This document shows, piece by piece, positions 48,049 through 53,741 of a DNA stretch of 53,741 nucleotides (position 1 is the stretch's first letter; every line of letters begins with the position of its first letter). The translations under genes and the position numbers were made by a program. The notes under the pieces are model-generated. The model saw only the letters and a program-made list of their open reading frames with translations. It was not told the DNA's origin and ran no database searches. Source of the stretch: Candidatus Gastranaerophilales bacterium (lineage in GTDB: Bacteria; Cyanobacteriota; Vampirovibrionia; Gastranaerophilales; Gastranaerophilaceae); assembly GCA_905236055.1 (NCBI GenBank), contig CAJOOA010000095.1:1-53741 (forward strand), read 5' to 3'.

Positions 48049-49404
48049 CTACATTTTAGCTTTAATAAAACTGTGAATCAAGCCGGAGGTCTTATTAATT
48101 TCATTTTCTCCCAATGAAGGTTGGATACCTACCCAAAAAGTGTGATTCATTATGTAATCAGTATTCGGCAAAGATTTGAAATCTTCTTCCGTAAGTTTAT
48201 TTGAATGCAGAATTCCGCTATTGTTGATTCTCAGTTGGATATCATTTTCAACAAAACTTGGTTGGCGCAATATATTTCCTGCAAAAAGCTGTCTTGTTCC
48301 AACACCATTTTTTTCGAGGTATTCAACCATTTCTTGCTTTGTAAAATTACAAGTTTTTTTTAATGTAATTAAAAATCCGAACCAAGATGGTTCGCTATCT
48401 GATGGAATTGAAGGCAAGATAAGATAATCTTTTAAGTCAGATAATTTTTTATACAGAAGATTAAAATTTTCCCGCCTTTTCTGAATGAATTTATCTGCTT
48501 TTTTCAATTGAGCAAGTCCTATAGCTGCTTGCCAATCGGTTATTTTCATATTATAGCCCACATGAGAATAAACATATTTATGATCATACCCCCATGGTAA
48601 TTTGCCGAATTGTTGTTCAAATCTGCAATTACAAGTATTATCGTGTCCGGGGTCGCACCAACAATCTCTTCCCCAATCTCTGTATGATTTTGCGATTTTG
48701 TTAAGGAGTGCATTATTGGTTATAACGGCACCGCCTTCGCCCATTGTTATAAAATGTGCAGGATAAAAACTGAAAGTGCCAATATCCCCGATTGTACCGG
48801 TTAATTCACCTTTATACTTAGCCCCTAAGGCATCACAATTATCTTCTATAAGCCAAAGATTATATTTTCTGCAAAGCTCTTTAATCTCTCCTAAATTATA
48901 AACATTGCCCATGGTATGTGCGAGCATAATAACTTTTGTTTTTGGGGTGATAGCAGCTTCTATTTTACTTGAATCAATATTACATGTTTCTATTTCACAA
49001 TCAAGAAAAACAGGAATTAAACCCAATGATATTATAGGATTTATTGTTGTCGGAAATCCCGCTGCAACAGTGATAACTTCATCTCCCTTTTTAACTTGTC
49101 TATCCCCCAATTTATATGACATAAGAGAGGATAGCGCTATAAAATTTGCACTTGATCCGGAATTTACGGTTATACAATGGTTAACTCCCATATATTTTGC
49201 GAACTTTTCTTCAAATTCATTATTAAATCTTCCGCCAGTTAACCACATATCAAGAGAAGCATCAATCATTTTTTCTAATTCTTCATATCCGAGTAGTTTA
49301 CCTGATGGCGGAATATATTTAAGTTCCTTCTTCTTTTTATAAATTAAATTCCAATATAGTTTAGCGGATGCTTTTACGATATTTCTTAATAATTTTTCCA
49401 TCAT
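48049..49404 (-). CDS. rfbH: CDP-4-keto-6-deoxyglucose 3-dehydrase-like (RfbH/DdhC, E1)
   Basis: NSGSSAN, EDNCDALG, SFYPAHFITMGEGG (His in place of the PLP Lys), GRDCWC..DNTC, YDHKY. Confidence 0.92.
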   Translation of the reverse strand: MMEKLLRNIVKASAKLYWNLIYKKKKELKYIPPSGKLLGYEELEKMIDASLDMWLTGGRFNNEFEEKFAKYMGVNHCITVNSGSSANFIALSSLMSYKLGDRQVKKGDEVITVAAGFPTTINPIISLGLIPVFLDCEIETCNIDSSKIEAAITPKTKVIMLAHTMGNVYNLGEIKELCRKYNLWLIEDNCDALGAKYKGELTGTIGDIGTFSFYPAHFITMGEGGAVITNNALLNKIAKSYRDWGRDCWCDPGHDNTCNCRFEQQFGKLPWGYDHKYVYSHVGYNMKITDWQAAIGLAQLKKADKFIQKRRENFNLLYKKLSDLKDYLILPSIPSDSEPSWFGFLITLKKTCNFTKQEMVEYLEKNGVGTRQLFAGNILRQPSFVENDIQLRINNSGILHSNKLTEEDFKSLPNTDYIMNHTFWVGIQPSLGENEINKTSGLIHSFIKAKM

Positions 49405-49412
49405 AAATTCTC

Positions 49413-50663
49413 CTATAGAATATATCTCAAATCATAAACTTTTTTGTTTTTTAATAAATCAGAGTTCTTAATAAATTCATTCCAACCTGTAACAAGTACG
49501 ACAGCATTTGCATCTGCGACAGCTGTGTTCATATCTTTTGCGTAAGATATAGGAAGTTTGTAAACTTTATCAAAAAGTTCATTAGAGATGGGATCATAAG
49601 CTTTTATATTTTTATAACCCGATCTAAGTAAAAGGTTTATTATGTCTAAAGCAGGTGTTTGTCTTATGTCATCAGATTCTGGCTTGAAAGACAAGCCAAG
49701 AATGGCGATTTTCGCATCTTTTGAAACCTCTTTTTCGATTTTAGATATCCAATGCGGCTTTATTTCACTGTTTACATTTAAGACATTTTTAAGAATTTTT
49801 GCATCATAATTAAATTCCTTGGCTTTTTGAACAAGGGCTTGAGTATCTTTAGGGAGGCAATATCCACCGAAACCACATCCGGGGTATGCGTAACTTTGCA
49901 TATTGGCTGGATTTCCAAACCATCTTTTGTCCTCATGAAAAATTTCAAAAGCAGATTTTATATTAATATCGCCAATAGAATCAGCTATTATTGACATTTC
50001 GTTTGAATAACTGATAAGTGTTGCAAGAAAAGTATTCGAGAGATATTTAATAAATTCGCCAGTGTTCAATGATACAAAATGAATAGGTACATTAAAACTT
50101 TTGTAAATAGTTGTCATAATTTCTTTTGTATATTCATCGTTTGTACCAATGACGATTCTGTCAGGATTTATAAAATCATCCCATGCGTGTCCCTCTCGCA
50201 AGAATTCAGGATTGTTGGAAACAAAAATATCTTTGCCTGTTTTGAATCCTTTAGATTCAATATATGGTACCAATTCATTTTTTGTTGTTGATGGAGGAAT
50301 GGTTGATTTTATTACGATTATATTTTTATTTTTTTTATCTGTTGATTTTAAAATATCATCTATTGCAGATTTTATATATGTTAAGTCGGCTTTTCCGTTT
50401 TCATCAGATGGAGTTCCTACACAAAGAATTACAACTTTTGAATTTTTCACTGCATCTTGAATGCTGTTTGCAATAAAGAAATTTTTTCCAAGATTTCTTT
50501 CCAAGGCCTCAAGCATACCTTTTTCGTGAAAGGGTAATTTTTTATTCAAAATCGTATCGGTTTTTTCTTTGTTTAAATCAAAACCGTAAACTTTGTGTCC
50601 TTTTTCGCTAAATCCTAGAGCTGTTGTAAGCCCGACAAAACCTAGACCGATAATTGCTATCAT
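49413..50663 (-). CDS. NDP-glucose 6-dehydrogenase family protein
   Basis: GLGFVG, CVGTP, IKST, NPEFLREG, GFGGYCLPKD, LSFKPESDDIR. Confidence 0.92.
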   Translation of the reverse strand: MIAIIGLGFVGLTTALGFSEKGHKVYGFDLNKEKTDTILNKKLPFHEKGMLEALERNLGKNFFIANSIQDAVKNSKVVILCVGTPSDENGKADLTYIKSAIDDILKSTDKKNKNIIVIKSTIPPSTTKNELVPYIESKGFKTGKDIFVSNNPEFLREGHAWDDFINPDRIVIGTNDEYTKEIMTTIYKSFNVPIHFVSLNTGEFIKYLSNTFLATLISYSNEMSIIADSIGDINIKSAFEIFHEDKRWFGNPANMQSYAYPGCGFGGYCLPKDTQALVQKAKEFNYDAKILKNVLNVNSEIKPHWISKIEKEVSKDAKIAILGLSFKPESDDIRQTPALDIINLLLRSGYKNIKAYDPISNELFDKVYKLPISYAKDMNTAVADANAVVLVTGWNEFIKNSDLLKNKKVYDLRYIL

Positions 50664-51736
50664 TATTTTTTCTCCTCAATTAAATATCTGAGAAATCTTT
50701 CAACGCCCTCTTGTACGTATATTGATGGCTCATAATTAAGTATTGATTGGGCTTTTTCTATCACAGGGCATCTTCTGTTGGGATTATCTGTAAGGTAGTT
50801 TGTTTCATCAGATTTTTGATAAATTACTTTGCCGGTGTAATTTAGTAATTTTTGTCCTTCGTTTGCGTAAATGTTTGCAAGCTCAAGAATTGAAATTTCC
50901 GGCTTGTCTATACCTATATTGAATACGTCAAACTCGCCGTGCAATAATACTTTTAAATATCCTGTAATTGCATCTGCTATGTAACAAAAAGTTCTCGTAG
51001 GTTTTCCGTCTGAAAGTATGACAATATCTTCATTGTTTAATACAGCATTTGCAAAATCCGCCGGGACTCTTTTATCTTGTAATTTCATACCTGGGCCATA
51101 ATTATTGAACGGGCGAACTAAAGTTATTGGCAAATTATATTCTTTTGCGTATTCATAACAAATGGTTTCGCCGAAACGCTTTGACTCATCATAGCAAGCG
51201 CGAGGCCCTATCGTGTTAACATATCCTCTGTAATCTTCTTTTGTTGGTATGTGAGAAGAATCAGGATCTCCATAAATTTCAGAACTTGAAAAAAATAAAA
51301 ATCCCCTTAAAGATTCATTCTTGTACAAATCCAAAAGCTTTTTTAATCCCCATATATTAGCTTCAATTGTTTTAATAGGATATTTTCTGTAAAACACAGG
51401 TGATGCAATTGACGCCATATGGATTACAAACGAATTCGATTTATCAAGCTTTAGGGTTTCGATACTGCCGTCAATAATATCAAACAATTGGAAATCAATA
51501 TTTCCTGCTTTTGCGATTTCTTCAATCCAGTCAGGTCTTCCCGATTGAAAATTATCGACTGCCACGATTGATTTTATTCCCAAAACCTTTTTGTAGGTAT
51601 TGAAAAAATGCAGAAAATAATATCCCAAAAAACCACAGCAACCTGTTATAAAAATGTTTGAATCTTTAAATTTTTCAATATTTGCTCCTACTTTTTTGTA
51701 AATGTATTCAATATCTTCTTTAACTATTTGATTCAT
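50663..51736 (-). CDS. NDP-glucuronate decarboxylase-like SDR (UXS-like)
   Basis: TGCCGFLG, ASIASP, SSSEIYGDP, PRACYDESKR, RTFCY. Confidence 0.85.
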   Translation of the reverse strand: MNQIVKEDIEYIYKKVGANIEKFKDSNIFITGCCGFLGYYFLHFFNTYKKVLGIKSIVAVDNFQSGRPDWIEEIAKAGNIDFQLFDIIDGSIETLKLDKSNSFVIHMASIASPVFYRKYPIKTIEANIWGLKKLLDLYKNESLRGFLFFSSSEIYGDPDSSHIPTKEDYRGYVNTIGPRACYDESKRFGETICYEYAKEYNLPITLVRPFNNYGPGMKLQDKRVPADFANAVLNNEDIVILSDGKPTRTFCYIADAITGYLKVLLHGEFDVFNIGIDKPEISILELANIYANEGQKLLNYTGKVIYQKSDETNYLTDNPNRRCPVIEKAQSILNYEPSIYVQEGVERFLRYLIEEKK

Positions 51737-51755
51737 ATAAATATCCTTTTATAAC

Positions 51756-52535
51756 TTATTTTTGCCAAACAGCCCACGGAGCTTTCCCGGATGCCCAAAG
51801 CTCAGTAAGTTCCGTTTTTTCTCTTAATGTATCCATCGGTCTCCAAAAACCGTAATGTTTGTATGCATTTAATTGATTATTTTCGGCAATTTTTTCCAAC
51901 GGTTCTTTTTCAAAAGTAACATCATCACCGTCCTTGATATAATCAAAAACTTTTGGTTCACATACAAAGAATCCGCCGTTAATCCAACTTTCTTCTCCCT
52001 TTGGTTTTTCTTTAAAAGAGGTTATTATATTATTCTCTTTTATTACCAAGGCCCCGAATCTGCCTGCGGGTTGAACTGCGGTCATTGTTACAAGTTTTTT
52101 TGATTTTCTATGCGATTCTATAATTTTATTTATGTCAACATCTGCGACTCCGTCCCCGTAGGTTAGAAGAAACGGTTCATCTCCGACATATTCCTTTGCT
52201 TTCTTAATTCTGCTTCCTGTCATTGTTTCCTGACCGGTGTAGAGCATTGTAACTTTCCACGGTTCGGTTTGCATTCTGTGAATTTCAACCGAGTTATTGA
52301 GCATGTCCACCGTAATATCTGAATATTGTTGGTAATAATGTACAAAATAATCCTTAATTATGTGAGATTTATAGCCGGTAAGTATAACAAACTCATTAAA
52401 GCCGTAATATGAATAAATCTTCATAATATGCCACAAAATTGGCCGTCCGCCTATTTCCACCATTGGTTTCGGTTTTAAATCGGTTTCTTCGGAAAGGCGT
52501 GTTCCTCTTCCGCCTGCTAAAATAAGTACTTTCAT
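51756..52535 (-). CDS. rfbF: Glucose-1-phosphate cytidylyltransferase
   Basis: LAGGRGTRLSEET, PKPMVEIG, TYGDG, WINGGFFV, GFWRPMDTLR. Confidence 0.95.
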   Translation of the reverse strand: MKVLILAGGRGTRLSEETDLKPKPMVEIGGRPILWHIMKIYSYYGFNEFVILTGYKSHIIKDYFVHYYQQYSDITVDMLNNSVEIHRMQTEPWKVTMLYTGQETMTGSRIKKAKEYVGDEPFLLTYGDGVADVDINKIIESHRKSKKLVTMTAVQPAGRFGALVIKENNIITSFKEKPKGEESWINGGFFVCEPKVFDYIKDGDDVTFEKEPLEKIAENNQLNAYKHYGFWRPMDTLREKTELTELWASGKAPWAVWQK

Positions 52536-52547
52536 AGTATCTCCGCT

Positions 52548-53561
52548 TTAAATAACTTCTTTTCCTACAATAGGCGCAATTTGTTTAATTTCTTTGTACA
52601 ACTGCTCATATTGTTCAGGATACAACGATTGAGCACCATCGCAAAGTGCGCAATCCGGCTTGTAATGGACTTCTATTATCAAACCGTCGCAACCGGCTGC
52701 AATAGCTGCTCTCGACATCGGTTCAACTTTATCTCTCAAACCCGTTCCGTGCGACGGATCAACAATAACAGGAAGATGGCTCAATTTCTTTACTACAGGT
52801 ATTGCTACCAAATCCAGGGTGTTTCTTGTGTATGTTTCAAAGGTTCTTATTCCTCTTTCGCAAAGAATAATTTGACCATTCCCGCCTGACATAATATATT
52901 CTGCAGACATAAGCCATTCTTCATATGTTGATGAAAGCCCTCTTTTCAAAATTATTGGCTTGTGAATAGTTCCCAATTCTCTTAAAAGGTTGAAGTTTTG
53001 CATATTCCTTGCGCCGACTTGAAAAATATCAACATATTGCATAAACATATCGATTTGAGAAACGTCAATAATTTCAGTTGCAATTGCCATCCTGTGATTG
53101 TCCGCAACGCTTCTCAATATTTTTAATCCCTCTTCGCCTAAGCCCTGAAATGCATAAGGGCTTGTTCTTGGTTTAAAAGCACCACCTCTAAGTACTTTTA
53201 CACCGATTTTGGAAAGCGCTTCTGCGGTTTGGTCTACTTGATCGTAATTTTCGACAGCACACGGACCCGCAATCATTCCGGCATATTTGCTGCCGAATTT
53301 AACTCCGTTTACTTCGACAATTGTATCTTCATTTTTAAAAGCTCTTGTCGTTAATTTGTAACTCGTAGTGAGCTGTATAACCTCGGTTACTCCGGGAAGA
53401 AGCTCAAAATCACGCTTGTCTGTCAATTGGCTTCCGATAGCGGATATGACAATTTTGATTTCGCCTCTGGAAATTCTTGCTTCGAAACCTTTTGATTCAA
53501 TAGATTCGACGACACGAGAGATTTGCTCTTCTGTCGCATTAGAGTTCATAACTACAAGCAT
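52548..53561 (-). CDS. aroF: DAHP synthase type I-beta with N-terminal ferredoxin-like regulatory domain
   Basis: AGPCAVE, GGAFKPRTSPY, GARNMQN, KRG, CERGIRTFE, DPSH. Confidence 0.95.
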   Translation of the reverse strand: MLVVMNSNATEEQISRVVESIESKGFEARISRGEIKIVISAIGSQLTDKRDFELLPGVTEVIQLTTSYKLTTRAFKNEDTIVEVNGVKFGSKYAGMIAGPCAVENYDQVDQTAEALSKIGVKVLRGGAFKPRTSPYAFQGLGEEGLKILRSVADNHRMAIATEIIDVSQIDMFMQYVDIFQVGARNMQNFNLLRELGTIHKPIILKRGLSSTYEEWLMSAEYIMSGGNGQIILCERGIRTFETYTRNTLDLVAIPVVKKLSHLPVIVDPSHGTGLRDKVEPMSRAAIAAGCDGLIIEVHYKPDCALCDGAQSLYPEQYEQLYKEIKQIAPIVGKEVI

Positions 53562-53741
53562 TGATTCTTCTCCTTAAATAACCAATATTATTATACACAA
53601 AATTATAGAATATTGCACACGGAAAAGATTGGAGCTTTTCTGCATGAAAAATTCGGAATAACTTGATAAATATGTATAATTATTACAAATTGTTAAGGCG
53701 AATTTTGGGAATTTGCAACAGGGCTAAAACCCCTGTAAAAT

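Noticed and set aside
53718-53736. ACAGGG/CCCTGT hairpin at the window edge
   Set aside because: Short stem with truncated context; cannot be assigned.
1-53741. CRISPR array, rRNA, prophage or transposase genes
   Set aside because: No regularly spaced repeats, rRNA-like tracts or phage/transposase motifs were seen by eye.

Overview
AT-rich (roughly one-third GC) chromosomal window from a diderm bacterium. The gene set and protein style suggest a non-photosynthetic cyanobacterial relative (Vampirovibrionia/Melainabacteria, Gastranaerophilales-like); this is inference, not a database result. Left end (1-2.7 kb) looks accessory: a GTAG-type REPIN-like inverted repeat, a tRNA-Gly 3' remnant whose T-loop is split by a ~160-bp GC-rich structured insert, and a coupled beta-class DNA methyltransferase plus DHH-like (GHH) protein. 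5-16 kb holds an S41 peptidase, an ABC exporter, a divergent radical SAM/SPASM enzyme with no evident precursor peptide, and an MFP-RND-TolC pump. The middle is mostly housekeeping (HtrA-like protease, lgt, rnpB, alaS, fused UvrD-like helicase, short lpdA, Slt, aminotransferase, rubrerythrin, mtaB) mixed with lineage-type hypothetical membrane proteins, several preceded by an HLR1-like direct repeat. 39-53.6 kb is a minus-strand surface-glycan operon headed by aroF: rfbF and rfbH without rfbG, a dehydrogenase/decarboxylase pair, aldolase, NeuB-like synthase, FkbM methyltransferase, YerE-like ThDP enzyme and two GT2s, suggesting an unusual branched-chain sugar. No CRISPR array, rRNA, intact tRNA, integrase or transposase was seen.
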